Notes under the pieces: generated by a model
Databases searched by the model: none
Seen by the model: the letters and a program-made list of their open reading frames with translations, nothing else
Told to the model about the DNA's origin: nothing
Shown here: one piece after another, positions 11,995 to 25,130 of the stretch
Position numbering within the stretch: position 1 is the stretch's first letter
Layout: every line of letters starts with the position of its first letter
DNA from: Octopus vulgaris
Taxonomy: Eukaryota
Length of the DNA stretch: 64,000 bases
Assembly: GCA_951406725.2 (NCBI GenBank)
Contig: OX597821.1
Location: 38,626,001-38,690,000 of the forward strand
Direction: 5' to 3'
Made by a program: the position numbers and the translations under genes

Positions 11995-12490
11995 TATATA
12001 CAAGATATGGAAGGTGGTCAAGGCCTTACACAGCTAGAAAACTATTACAAAATAACCACTGCAGGACTACAAAATTACCTACTTCAGAAGCAAGGAAAAC
12101 TAATACAGGTAGCCACAAAACATAGACAAAACAAAAAGCTGTTTTCAGTCTCTAAAAGAAATGGAGAAACTATTAAAATACAAAGACCTGGAAATAAAGG
12201 TAACTCAAATGTGAAGTGTAAAATCTGAAACAATTCCTATCATAGCAGGTGCATTAGGTATGATTAAAAAATATTCAGACAAATACATAACAAAAACACC
12301 AAGACTTACAAATATATACAACATACAGAAAATAGCACAACTAGGCTCCGCACACTTCCTACGTAAAACACTTTCAGTACAGTAGCAATAAGACCATCAC
12401 AGCAAACCACAGCGCATACCCAAGGCACAAAGAACTGTGCTCAGTAGTGCAGTGAAAGCATGTGATAAAAATAAGACTACTGAAGAATAA
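11995..12490 (+). mobile_element. Internally deleted Dong fragment, same family as 12966-15345
   Basis: EGGQGLTQLENYYKITT matches 14200-14340, then jumps to CTCTAAAAGAAATGGAGAAAC (=15016) and shares the 3' UTR ...AAAATAAGACTACTGAA. Confidence 0.88.
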
Positions 12491-12504
12491 TGACAATAAT
12501 AATA

Positions 12505-12897
12505 ACGCATGATTATTGAGAAAAGAAAGAACATGTATGATAATCGACAGAGCATGCTCTGGTGACAACAGGATTAATGTGAAAGAAGAAAAAATAAACA
12601 ACTATGACGATTTGAAGTGGGAAATATGAAGGTTGTGGTTAATGAAGAGAGTAGATGTGATACCAATAGTAATTGGTGCACTTGGAAGTATCAGCACTCA
12701 ATTACCAACATGACTGAAAAAGATTGGTGCAAGTGTGAAGGTAGAATACCTACAAAAATTGGCATTGCTTGGAACTGCAAGAATTCTTCACAGGGTTCTT
12801 GAAGCATGACCAGTAAACAAGTGTCACCTCAACCTGCTGGCTGTGGACAGCTGACACTTTCCACCATACCATGCAAAATAAGTTCTGAGTTTTCATA
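12505..12897 (+). mobile_element. R4/Dong-clade 3' fragment, distinct family
   Basis: ..CMIID.AC.GDNRINVKEEK..NYDDLKWEI.RLW.MKRVDVIPIVIGALGS..ALLGTARIL..; flanked by (TAA)n. Confidence 0.75.
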
Positions 12898-12907
12898 TAA
12901 TAATAGA

Positions 12908-12965
<58 letters not shown>

Positions 12966-12968
<3 letters not shown>

Positions 12969-15345
12969 GCACTGCAAAGACTAAGCAACTGGAAGGCACC
13001 TGGGCATGACAAGATCCCCAACTTCTGGTTGAAATATCTAACAGGAATGCACAAAAAGCTGGCTGAAAACTTTAACAACGTACTAGCAGAGCCAGAGACA
13101 ATGCCTGAATGGCTCACGAAGGGGAAAACCATCTTAATTCCCAAATCAAATGAAACAGAAAAACCAGAAAACTACAGACCAATAACCTGCCTCCCTACTA
13201 TGTTCAAGGCATTTACTGCAGTGATATCACAAAGGCTGAACAAACACCTGGACGAAAACAAACTGTTCCCAGAAGAGCAGAAAGGATGCCGCAAAGGCTC
13301 ATATGGCTGTAAAGATCAACTAATGATTAATAAAGCCATAACTGAAGACAGCCACAGAAAGAAGAAAGGCCTCAGTATGGCCTGGATTGACTACAAAAAG
13401 GCGTTTGATAGCATCCCCCACACATGGATCCTCGAAACACTAGCCATTAACAAAGTAGCACCAACAATCATAAAAATTCATAGAGCACTCTATGAATAAA
13501 TGGCAAACAGTCCTACACCTCCAAACAAAAGAGGGACTCATGAAAACCAAAGACATCCCCATTAGAAGAGGAATATTCCAGGGAGATACGCTCTCTCCAC
13601 TCCTTTTCTGCTTGGCACTGTCACCTCTATCTGATATGCTAAATAGAACTGGATGCGGATATAAATGTTACGGCAAAACGATCAGCCACCTTTTATATAT
13701 GGATGACCTAAAACTATACGCTGCAAATGACAAACAGCTGGAAACACTATTAAAGACAGTTCATGGATTTACCAAAGAAATAGATATGAAATTTGGATTA
13801 GAAAAATGCGCCAAAGTAACCATGAAAAGAGGAAAACTAGTTAAGAGTAACAACATCACACCAGATGAAGCAAATGAAATAAAAGAATTAGACCAAAGCC
13901 AAACTTACAAATACTTAGGAATCCATGAACTAGATAAGACACAACACACACAAATGAAAGAGAAAATAAAAAAAGAATATTATAGACGAGTTAGATCAAT
14001 ACTAAACACAGAGCTCAATGCTAAAAACAAGATAATAGGTATCAACACTTTAGCTGTCCCAGTTATAAGTTACAGCTACAATATCCTTAACTGGACACGA
14101 AATGAACTGACCAAAATAGACAGGAAAACAAGAAAAATAATGACAGGATCTAGGATGCATCACCCAAAATCTGACATAGAAAGACTATATATACAACGTA
14201 TAGAAGGTGGTAGAGGCCTTATACAGCTGGAAAACTACTATAAAATAACCACCATAGGACTGCAAAAATATCTACTTCAGAAGGAAGGAAAACTGATCCA
14301 GATAGCGGCAAAACACGAGCAAAACAAAAAACTGTTCTCAGTATTTAAGGAAGCTGACAAATACAAATAAGAAATCATACCACCTAATAAACATGAAGAA
14401 GAAGAAGATGAAGAAACAACAAAAGCTATAAAAAAAATGAAATCCAAACTAAAAATAGAACAGCAACGAACCATGATAAAACGATGGCAAGAAAAGCCCC
14501 TTCATGGTAAATACTGGACTAAACTAAACGCAAAAGAAATAGACAAAGAAAAATCCCAGCAATGGTTGAGAAGCTCAGGACTCAAAGCAGAGACAGAGGG
14601 ATTTTTAATTGCAGCACAAGACCAAAGCCTCCCCACCAGAAATTACCAAAAACATGTAATGAAAAGAAATATTACAAGTAACTGCAGAATATGTGGAGAT
14701 GGACAAGAAACAATAAATCATATTATCTCTAGCTGCCCAGTCCTGGCTAAGAAGGAATATATTCACAGACATGACAGAGTTGGAACTTACATACATTGGA
14801 AGCTATGCCAACATTATGGAATAACAACAGAAAAAAGATGGTATAGGCACACACCAGAAAAGGTCACAGAAAACGAGAAAGCAACCATACTCTGGGATAT
14901 GCCGATACACACAGATAGAGAAATTAAGGCCAACAGACCAGATATAGTTGTCAGAGACCATGAAGAAAAAAATGCTTTCTAATTGATGTATCAGTACCGG
15001 CAGATGACAACGTGTCTCTAAAAGAAATGGAGAAACTCTCAAAATACAAAGACCTGGAAATAGAGGTAACTAGAATGTGGAATCTGAAAACAGAAACAAT
15101 TCCTATCATTAGGCATGATAAAAAAATATTCAGACAAATACATAACAAAAACACCAGGACTTACAAACACATATAACATACAGAAAATTGCACTACTAGG
15201 CACTGCACACATCCTACGCAGAACACTTTCCATACAATAACCATCAGAGCATCACAACAAATCACAGCACATACCCAAGGCACACAGAGCTGCGCTCGGT
15301 AGTGAAGTGAAAGCACGCTAAAAAATAAAAATAAAACTACTGAAT
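12966..15345 (+). mobile_element. R4/Dong-clade non-LTR retrotransposon, 5'-truncated: RT, CCHC finger and RLE; inserted in (TAA)n
   Basis: WKAPGHDKIPNFWLK, NYRPITCL, EQKGCR, AWIDYKKAFDS, GIFQGDTLSPLLF, HLLYMDDLKLY, YKYLG, CRICGDGQETINHIISSC, RHD, LWD, RPDIVV..LIDVSVP..KYKDL. Lesions: frameshift ~13475, stop 14368, frameshift ~14970, ~11-bp deletion ~15110. Confidence 0.95.
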
Positions 15346-15365
15346 AAATAATAATAATAATAATA

Positions 15366-16271
15366 AAAGTGAACAAAGCCATAGATCCAATACAATTTAA
15401 GAAAGACCAGAGAAAGCAGATGAAGAGAATTTGGCAGGACAAGAAAATGCACAGTCAGTTCTTGAAGAATAAAGATGAGATTGATTGGAATAGAACCTGG
15501 TGATGACTGCAGAAAAACGACTTAAAGAAAAACGACTGAAGCATTAATTTGTAGCACTCAAGAACAAGCTCTCAGAACAAACTGCTCCAAATATCACATT
15601 GATAAAAACACTGACTCGCCACAGTGTAGGATGTGCTCTGAGAAGAGAAAAAGTATAAGCCATTTTGTTAGTGAGTGCTGTAAGCTCGCACAACGCGAAT
15701 ACAAGATGAGACACGACAATGTGACCAGATATGCCCACTGGCTGTTGTGTGGTAAAGCAAACTTTGAGAAAGCCGAACAATGGTAAGAACACAGGCCAGA
15801 GGAAGTAATGGAAAATGAAGATCACGAAATACTTGGGGATTTTAACACGAAGTGTGACCAAGTCATAGAGGCGAGATGACCAGATATCATGGTCATCCAT
15901 AAAGATGAAAAAGAAGTAAAGATAATTGATGTTGCAATACCAGGCGATTTGAGGGTTAAAATGTAAGAAAACAGAAAAGATTGAGAAATAGCAGCCACTG
16001 TGTGATGAGATAGGGAAGTTATGGGGCATGAGGAAAGTAATGGTGATACCAGTGGTAACTGGAACATTTCGAGCAGTTTCCAAGGGCTTTGAAAAAGATA
16101 TTAAGAATATTAGAGCTGCAGAAGACAGAATTGTTGGGTACATCTCGCATTCTAAGGAGAGTATTGTCTCTTTGAGTCACAGGAGAAGGCACTACTTGAA
16201 ACCTTTGGTGATTTGTTATCGCTTGCTTTCAAGTAAAGAACAACTGGTAATTAAGAGATGAGAGTTTCTCA
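15366..16271 (+). mobile_element. R4/Dong-clade 3' fragment (CCHC plus RLE), distinct family
   Basis: WQDKKMHSQF..QEQALRTN..KYHIDK..SPQCRMC..SISHFVSECCKLAQREYKMRHDNV..PDIMV..IIDVAIPGD..VIPVVTG; bounded by (TAA)n. Confidence 0.85.
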
Positions 16272-16295
16272 TAATAATAATAATAATAATAATAA

Positions 16296-16430
16296 TGAAA
16301 AACGAGAAAGCAACCATACTCTGGGATATGCCAATACACACAGATAGAGAAATTAAGGCCAACAGAGCAGATATAGTTGTCAGAGATCAGTGAAGTGAAA
16401 GCACGCTATAAAAATAAAACTACTGAATAA
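16296..16430 (+). mobile_element. Very short internally deleted Dong copy (family of 12966-15345)
   Basis: AAACGAGAAAGCAACCATACTCTGGGATATGCC...GTCAGAGA (=14870-14960) fused to GTGAAGTGAAAGCACGCTA...ACTACTGAATAA (=15302-15345). Confidence 0.85.
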
Positions 16431-16452
16431 TAATAATAATAATAATAATACC

Positions 16453-16490
<38 letters not shown>

Positions 16491-16509
16491 CAACAATAAT
16501 AATAATAAT

Positions 16510-16835
16510 TTAAATACAAAAGATGTGGCATCTTAAAGTGAGAACTGTTCCTGTTATTGTGGGTGCCCTAGGTATGATGAAAAAAAAACCGGATGTCAGA
16601 AGCATCTAAATAAGATCCCAGGAGAAAAATCCAAGAGTGTACTAACATGTACTGCCCACATCCGTAGAAATACCCAACCGATTTAAATGTCTGTGCATTA
16701 AGATATTTTGCTACTGCCCTTGCCACTCCCCCCCACACATCAAGCTTTCAGTCATACTGTAACATCTCTTATCCATCACTCGTCTCAGGACGCTGGGTGT
16801 GTCTTGGCAAGTGATTGTAACAAACATGCAGATTA
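16510..16835 (+). mobile_element. R4/Dong-like 3' fragment, another family
   Basis: IQKMWHLKVRTVPVIVGALGMMKK...TAHIRR; bounded by TAA repeats. Confidence 0.7.
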
Positions 16836-16928
16836 AAAGTAAATAATTGTAATAATAATAATCTTTTCTACTCTAGGCACAACACCTGAAATTTGGGGAA
16901 GGGGACAGTCGATTAGTAACTGGTAGTA

Positions 16929-16966
<38 letters not shown>

Positions 16967-16968
<2 letters not shown>

Positions 16969-17451
16969 ATTGTTTTGTCTTGGTATAAAAGATGGGCTAC
17001 AGTAAATATTTTGCTCAATACCACAGATTTGCTTGTCAGTTGTTTGACCGTAACCAGTTGAGCATGTCCCTTAGTGACTAACGATATGTACAGCTCTGAT
17101 CACGAGCAGAAGTAGTTGGGGAGCATCATAGCCATGTGTTGAGAGGAATTCTTTGGGATTTGAATAATTCACCTCTGGAAACATGGCTGTTTCTTTCAAC
17201 ATCCTTAAACAACCCTTATTCAGAGACCTTTTGAGCGGGATGGGTTACTTGACCAGAAGAAAATTCTAACTGGGCCTCACCTGCAAGGTCATATGCTGTT
17301 TATCTTGATATGAGATCACCATGTCGTGCACATATGGTTGTGATGCATGTGCCTGGTGTACCCTTATCAGATGGGTAGTCATGATGGGTATACTGTGCTT
17401 CGTATATTTTACCCCAGTGTCACTTTGATGTTATGCACTGCTCTCTCACTC

Positions 17452-17452
<1 letters not shown>
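16967..17452. mobile_element. ~485-bp non-coding insertion bounded on both sides by (TAA)n
   Basis: Sharp boundaries in pure (TAA)n arrays at the end of the Dong stack. No RT/RLE motifs recognised. Confidence 0.55.
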
Positions 17453-17503
<51 letters not shown>

Positions 17504-18083
17504 TATACACATATGCATACATATGCATATATATGCATGCATCTATACATTATATACATTCAGATGCATATAAAATACACACACACACACACACATACAC
17601 ACTCCCACACACATATTTGCATATATATTTATATATACATGTATGTGTGTGTGTGTTGTCATGTGTGTATATTTATATATGTATATATATAAATGTATGT
17701 GTCTGTATGTACTTTGGCGGTTGTTTGCAGAATACAGAGAGAACAGTTGTAATTTGTAGTGAAAGGGTAAATCCAGAGACAAAATGCACAAGAAAGCTAA
17801 TTAGGCTGGTTCTAATCCCACCCCATGCTCTAATATTCAATGCCTTAATGAACTTTGGACAGGAAATGAAAAACGAAGGAAAGCCAGAAAAATTAATTGT
17901 AATTTCCCTCATTATATCATCTTAATATTAATTAATTTTGTCTTTTTTTCTCCTCTTCTTCTTATCAACTACATCTAACAACTTCTAGGAAATTATAATT
18001 AATATTACACATCATTATATATTAAAGTATGTGACATATAATCTGCATTATTATTATAAGTCTTCTTCTTCTTCTTCTTCTTT

Positions 18084-18131
<48 letters not shown>

Positions 18132-19099
18132 ATGGAAATCTGTTTAAGGTTAACTTTGTGTTTTATCCCTCAGGGACAGATGAAATATGACAAATTAGTC
18201 GCCGTTTCCTTTTGCTAGGGCCCTCTCCTATAAATTTCTGGTGTTGTCCCCTAATATACATCATCATCCTCATCTGTAGCAGCAACATTGTCATCATCAG
18301 CAACAGCAGCATTTAACGCCTGACTTCCATGCTGGCAAAGGTCAGACACTTTGATGGGATTTGATTTGTTGAATGACAGCATTTTCCCCAAATGTATTGA
18401 ACTGTTGAATTGGAAGAATACATCTCAATACTTCCAGATACCATATTTACCACCATCTAAGAAATATAAAGCATGGCTGTTATGTAATGAGATAACTCCT
18501 GGTTGACAAGCATATATTGTGAGTGCAATCAGAGAAAGTCTGTTTAATGTGGATGTCAGTACAAATAATCTTGAGTATTTGGGTAAATTTTAGGTCACCT
18601 TCTAAAAAACAAGTAAGGAATCTGTTTACAGAGATTGGCATTTCCTGCAAATTGTAAAATTTTGTGCAATTCCATCACTTGAAATTCTTGTACATTTGGC
18701 AACCGTCATGACATTCTGGCGATGCAACATGGCACTGTGTTTTAACTATATTGTGGAAGTTATTCTGAAGATTTTTTCCCCCACTGTGGCTGCTGTCACC
18801 TTACAAATTATGTTGATGAAAATTAACATCAATTTAATTAGGTGATAGAATAACAACATCACTTCAAAACTATTGTTTTTTTTTCTTTTTCAACTGAATG
18901 ATGGGCTATCTCAGCTACAAACAAAGCAGGGAGGAAATACAAAAACTGTAATTATAAAATAGTATTTTCATAGAATTTACATACTTAGTATTTTTATATT
19001 GTACTAAATATCTTTATATAATTCACATACCAATAGCAATACCAAAAACAAAAAAAAAATACAAAAACAAAAAGAATCATAAAATTTATTTAATCCTCA

Positions 19100-20700
19100 A
19101 ATACAAATCCTAGAAAATTTTCATCTTCAGAACTTAGTAAACCAGCATCTTGAAAGCTTAGGAACTCATTCTCATGGCCAGCATTTGTTTTACACTTTTT
19201 CCCACTGGAATTTTCTAAGTATGGATCTGAATCGTCAATATTAGTTTAATTTAATCAGCACCCCCAGAAGCTTCAATTACATTATCAACATCACATTTTT
19301 TTTTAATGATTTCCTCTTCCTCTCCATCATTCCATGATTATTTTACTCCCTCACATAACTGTTTAATTATAGGCCCTCTACCTCTCTCCTATCCTTGTGT
19401 CTTCAAAATATTAATCCTTCATCAACCTCTTCCACTTCTCCTTCATGAATCATTTAAATGGCTTATTGATTGGGACATCTAAAGGTTACAAGTGACATGC
19501 AGCCAGATTTTACTGCTGAGTTTTCAGCCATCCAAACCTGCCTCTTCAAAAACACCAGAAACTGGTTCAAAACTTACTGAGGCAGGTTTCTTTAACTGTC
19601 CACATCATGCTTTACTCACTATTTTGTTCATCTGTCTCTTATTCAACCTTTTAAATCAACACAGACATTAACTCCATTGGGTCTTCTTTTCTTCCTAAGG
19701 TCTACCTTCTAAAAATTCGAAAAGGTGGCAGTTTTGTGCCGTCAACACAAGTTAAAAACACTGTGAAGTGTGGATTCTCATGGCCATGTGTTTTAGCACC
19801 ATTTCACTTTCCCATTTTTATTCATGGTATCACAAATGTCAATGAGACTTCATTCATATTTGATGTCTGTAAAAATTCAAAATATTTTTTTTCTTATATT
19901 AATCACATATCTGTGAAATTTAATGATTTTATTTTGAATTTGTTTTTGTTATACAATAATTTTGGTCTGAAGCCACATCTTGAAACCAATATTGCTATGT
20001 CTGGAGAGAGTCATCATTAATAAAACCTATAACATATTCACCAGTTGTTGCTTGTCTATATTTCATTTCCTTTTCTTTTATCAAGGCTTTGCTAATATGA
20101 AGTGGAATATAGAAAGAAAATAACTGGTGAATGTGTTTATAGGATTTATTATGACTCCACACAAATATAACAATCTCTACTTTTATTTCTGAATTCAGAA
20201 TGTATTGTTTGTGCTATTTTTTAATTAAAAATTTTTTTTTTGTCTTGATCCTTATACAGGCGTTGTTTATCCTCATGAATCAGGACCATCACAATGCTAA
20301 TCCTCTAAAACCATTGACATCTTTGTTCCTTGCAATTAGTCTTGAACGAGGTAAAGCCATTTTGATGGCTACAGAAATGTCCAGACTCCTTTGGTCTCAT
20401 CTTTTATTCCATTTCTCTTCTCAATCTGGACGCTTGGTAATTGCTCAACTGATTTTCTTGTTTTCTTCAAGCCTTTACCATTTTATCACTTGGCAATATC
20501 TCAAAGCACCCCAAAGCTACCCTATTAAGATCTTCAGAATAGGCCACAACACTAATTGGAACTGCAATGCTATAGAATTTATTGCCTTTTGGAGAAAATT
20601 TGCTTTGGAGAAAATTTGCTGCAAAACAAAAATGTTTAAAGGGTACCTTAACCCAACTCTACCTTTGCTCAAGAGAATTATTAACAGGATGTGGAACTTG
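19100..20700 (-). mobile_element. Decayed pogo-family (Tc1/mariner superfamily, POGK-like) transposase
   Basis: Minus-strand pieces in the expected order: LIARNKDVNGFRG..W..FMR (CENP-B HTH), NMNEVSLTFVIP, HGHENPHFTVFLTCVDGTKLPPFRIF, PNGVNVCVDLKG, PLDVPINKPFK. Many stops. Confidence 0.8.
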
Positions 20701-21680
20701 TATTTTGGGTTGTGATGTTTTGTGTTGCCATAATTTGACACCAGGATGTAACATCCTCATTTTTGCTTTTGTTGTCAGCTATTTACAATGTCTAAGTGAT
20801 GGTGAAGTTGTGAACATTCATTTTATCTATTTGATGGTACCATTTCATTCACTAACAATGTTCAAAATTAATATACTATTATTATACAATGTGAAACATA
20901 GCTCATGTGGGTTACGTATTATAGGAGAAGAGGCACAAGTGATGCTTTGAGCTTCCCTCTGCTGTTAACTTCCAGTATGTAATAAGATATAACTTAGATC
21001 TTTGAGACATGTGTTGTTTGTGAAAATAAATAGTAGTAATCCAACTTGTTTTTAAGTATTTTTCAAACACAATTTCGTTGTCATGTGATATTATGATCCT
21101 GACATGAATAAGTGAGAATGAATGGAAATTGCTTAGTCAAAAAATTAAGACAATGAAGCTGCTGGAATTAAATGTTTGTTAAGAAAATTAACTAAAATCT
21201 TGTTTATAAACACATAAAGATTACAACTTAGAAATATGACTAGAGGGCATGATCTAAGTATAATGCTGTGGAAATTGATGCCAAACAAGTCCAGTCAAAT
21301 GACATAGAATTGGAAACATACAACAAATTATAATCACGAAATTGTACTTAGCTAATTAGAGGTTTTAAGTAATAATTAATAGCTTTATTATTAACAGCTT
21401 TCAGGTCAATGGATTGACAGAATTGTCAAGATCAAGCTTACCTTTTACCCCTCTGAGGGTGATAAAATGAAATGCCAGTTAAATAGTGGAGGTGATACTA
21501 CCTTACAAATCCAATCCCATTAAAATTATTCTCATCAATTAGTGTACCTCTACTAGAAAATATATAATGGTGGCAGAGAAACAAAAACCTTAGAATGTCA
21601 GAAAAATGACTTTAAGTATTCTTAGGGTTCTTTACATTCCAAGATCAAATTTCAAGTGGTCAGCTTTGTCTTTCATTCTT

Positions 21681-21876
21681 TCATCATCATCATCATCATC
21701 ATCATCGTTTAACGTCCGTTTTCCATGCTAGCATGGGTTGGACGGTTCAACTGGGGTCGGGAAGCTAGGAGGCTGCACCAGGCTCCAGTCTGATCTGGCA
21801 GTGTTTCTACAGCTGGATGCTCTTCCTAACGCCAACCGCTCCGTGAGTGTAGTGGGTACTTTTTACGTGCCACCGG
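21681..21876 (-). mobile_element. Family A RTE-tail element (short)
   Basis: (CAT)n-CGTTTAACGTCCGTTTTCCATGCTAGCATGGGTTGGACGG... with one internal module. Confidence 0.9.
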
Positions 21877-22020
21877 CTACCAGTTACATACTTGGATTAA
21901 TGGAATCAGCTCCTCAAAATTGCTAGCTTGATGCCTAAATCAGAAATCCTTAATGGATTTCACTACGTCTGCATGTTTCTTCAAGAGACCCCAATAATAC
22001 GGTGGTACCAGAATTTTATA

Positions 22021-22224
22021 TACTCTTTACTCTTTTACTCTTTTACTTGTTTCAGTCATTTGACTGCGGCCATGCTGGAGCAACGCCTTTAGTCGAGCAA
22101 ATCGACCCCGGGACTTATTCTTTGTAAGCCCAGTACTTATTTTATCGGTCTCTTTTGCCGAACCGCTAAGTGAAGGGGACGTAAACACACAAGCATCGGT
22201 TGTCAAGCAATGCTAGGGGGACAC

Positions 22225-22259
<35 letters not shown>

Positions 22260-22420
22260 CGACAGGCTTCTTTCAGTTTCCGTCTACCAAATCCACTCAC
22301 AAGGCTTTGGTCGGCCCGGGGCTATAGCAGAAGACACTTGCCCAAGATGCCACGCAGTGGGACTGAACCCGGAACCATGTGGTTGGTTAGCAAGCTACTT
22401 ACCACACAGCCACTCCTGGC
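22021..22420 (-). mobile_element. tRNA-derived SINE (family B)
   Basis: Reverse complement of the copies at 26304, 32259 and 43242: A box TGGCTGTGTGG, B box GGTTCAGTCCC, CORE-like CTTGGGCAAGTGTCTT, internal TA/TG microsatellite and (TAAAAGAG)n tail. Confidence 0.92.
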
Positions 22421-22495
22421 TTAATATCATGAATTTGTTAAGAAAAATAACCAACTAAATGAGTTTGGTACTTACTTTACTGACATTGGACAAAT

Positions 22496-22555
<60 letters not shown>

Positions 22556-22558
<3 letters not shown>

Positions 22559-23140
22559 GAAAAAGGGGATAAAGGTAGTCCTTGAAGAGCTGAGACAAAG
22601 ATTGCTGGCTAGAGTGACAAAGATCAAGAGATATGACCAAAAATTGAACAATATAAGATCAACAGATTGTTCCAACAAGATTAGAAATGGGTTTTTCAAC
22701 AGCTGACTGGAAAGGTTAACAGCAGTGAGAGACCAAATGCTGAAGAAAGTAGAAGGTTTTGGAGTAACATTTGGGAAAATGGAAGAAAGTATAACAAAGT
22801 TGCGAAATGGTTGATGGAATTAAGGTCGGAGAAATATGAAGTGAAACAGAACAATATTAGAATAACAACTGAAATGGTGACTGCACAGACAACAAAGATC
22901 CCAAACTGGAAATGCTCAGGCCTGGATGGGGTACAAGGATATTAGCTGAAGAATTTCCCAATGCTACACAAAAGAGTAGCTGTACAAATGGATAAACTGA
23001 TCAACAATGAAGCAGATATCCTAAAGTAGTTGACCACAGGCAAAGCAGTGCTTTACCAAAGTTTCCCAGTAAAGGGACTTGCTTGCCCCTGATGTGAAAG
23101 TTGATTACGAGAATAATATCTAATTGTGTGTATATAACTT
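22556..23140 (+). mobile_element. Dong-clade internal fragment (region upstream of RT) starting in (TAA)n
   Basis: LEELRQRLLARVTKIKRY..EESRRFWSNIWE..AKWL..ITTEMV..KIPNWKCSGLDGVQGY*LKNF. Confidence 0.75.
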
Positions 23141-23149
23141 CCTGTAAAT

Positions 23150-23772
23150 GAATGACAAATTGTGTCATCAACAGATTCATTTGCCCGCATATGTTTACTA
23201 TTCTTTGCAGCATTTATTTGCTGACCTATATTGGATCCTTTGTGTGGAGAATTATCAGTTTATGCAATAGCAAAAGTCCTAAGGAAAAAGCGGTGAATGT
23301 GTAGCACCCAAAAAATAGTAAAATGTAGTTGGCAAGAATGTTAATCAAACAGACCAAATTAAGGATTTTTAATTTTGGGTATAAGAGTTTTGAAGTGGCT
23401 AGTTTAAACTGGAATAATTGTATGAAAAAAGTGCTCATGTGAAAACAGGCAAATCGTAACTCACAAATGAATACTGCTGGCAGTACTGTGCAAGCAGTTG
23501 ATAAGAGCTCACCACAGCTGACAAAGTAAAGCATTGATTTTTCCAGCTGGGTGTGTGCCACATTTATCTGCTGGCTCAAGCCAAATCCTAGGCGAATTGA
23601 GAGTAGTCTATTTATGTTGGGGGTGCAGAATTTCAAGCAAAAAATTATAAGAAAAACATCCTAAGTCAAAGAGAGCACACATATCAAATTTGGTTAAATT
23701 TGGTTGAAAATTGTAGAAGTGGTTCACACAATACACACACAGACAGACAACTTGCCTTTTAATATCTAAGAT
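23150..23772. mobile_element. Possible Helentron/HINE-like non-autonomous element
   Basis: Ends ...AAATTTGGTTGAAAATTGTAGAAG...ACACACACAGACAGAC...TAATATCTAAGAT, resembling Helitron-associated INE ends. The left boundary is uncertain. Confidence 0.3.
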
Positions 23773-25130
23773 AATCCCTTATCCTTTAGGTACAAGGCCT
23801 TAAATGTATAGGGAGGGTGCTAGTTGATTACATTGACCCTAGGGCTCAGATGGTACTTATTTCATTGATCCCAAAAGGATGAAAGATAAAGTTGTCTTAG
23901 GTAGAATTTGAATTTAGAACATAAAGACAGGTGAAAATGCTGTTAAGCATTTTATCTGGTTTGCTAATGATTCTGCTAGCTCACCATAATAATAATAATA
24001 TCAACAATTTTTAACTAATGTAACATTAAAAAAAACAAAACTTGGTAAAAAGTTTTTAACTTGGTGTTGCTCTTAAGTTTCTGTGAAAATTCAGCTTATT
24101 ATGTGAAACTAATAACAAGCAGATTTTTATTTTGACTTCTATTTTTTGTTTTCTTGCCACCGCTATAACATCTCCTGGCAAACTGTAGAATGTCCTACAA
24201 TAAGCCAATTTGTTTAAAGCAACAATGAAGTGATGTTGTTCCTTATCTTTCTACAACTCTATAATGCTTGATGTTTAAAGCTGTTTCCCCTTCCTACTAT
24301 ATGTATTTTCTTTTCACGCTTGCACTGTTCTGTTTTCTCTATATAGTTTTTACGATAATATATTTTTGCTTGACCAGCTAGGAATCATGCAGTTCACTGA
24401 CTTATGCCAAAGCTATTTCCTTCAGTTCCAACCAAAACTTGTTTTCTTTTCAAAACACTTATTGATTCTATTGATTGCAGTGTTGATATTTTTACTCAAT
24501 CAAGTCAAGTCTCAGAATAATACATATAAGATTAAGAACTTTTATTTCTTCTGTGATAGCCAAAACAGTTTACCTCTATAAATATAGTTCAACATGTATA
24601 GAAATGTGTGTGTGTGTGTGTGATGACTGTGTGTGTGTATGTATGTATGTGCGTATTCATTCTTGCCTTGTGTTTTCACTCTAGCTGTGAATATTAAGTC
24701 ATTTACATTAATTGTTGAAGTAAGCATTTTACAGCTGGTTGCTCCTTTTTAAATACTACTCACTGAACCAAAGAAATGGAGAAGCTGCCTGTGTTCCAGC
24801 CAGGGCAAATAGTGTAAGTAGAGTGATAGGTTTAGCTTAAGTGTACACTACAATGGCACTGGTTGTGTTTAAAGTCAGTAGACCTCTGCTTTAGCAACTT
24901 CAAATATGTGTTTTTATGGGTTTTTTTTTCTTTTCTTATATTGGCTGAGTTGAAACTGTCTTCTAAATTTGGATGTGCTCTCACCTTAATTGAATCCTTA
25001 TCTCTCTTCCCACGTCTGGACATCCTCCTCCTTGCAGTAACCAATATTGACATTGAGCTAATAAATCACAACATAAACTATAAATTAACAATGACTATTT
25101 ATTAAGGAAAGATATTTACAAAGAATTTAC

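Noticed and set aside
15544-16143. 199-aa minus-strand ORF
   Set aside because: It is the antisense shadow of a Dong fragment.
20200-20715. 171-aa plus-strand ORF
   Set aside because: It is antisense to the decayed pogo transposase and has no recognisable motif.
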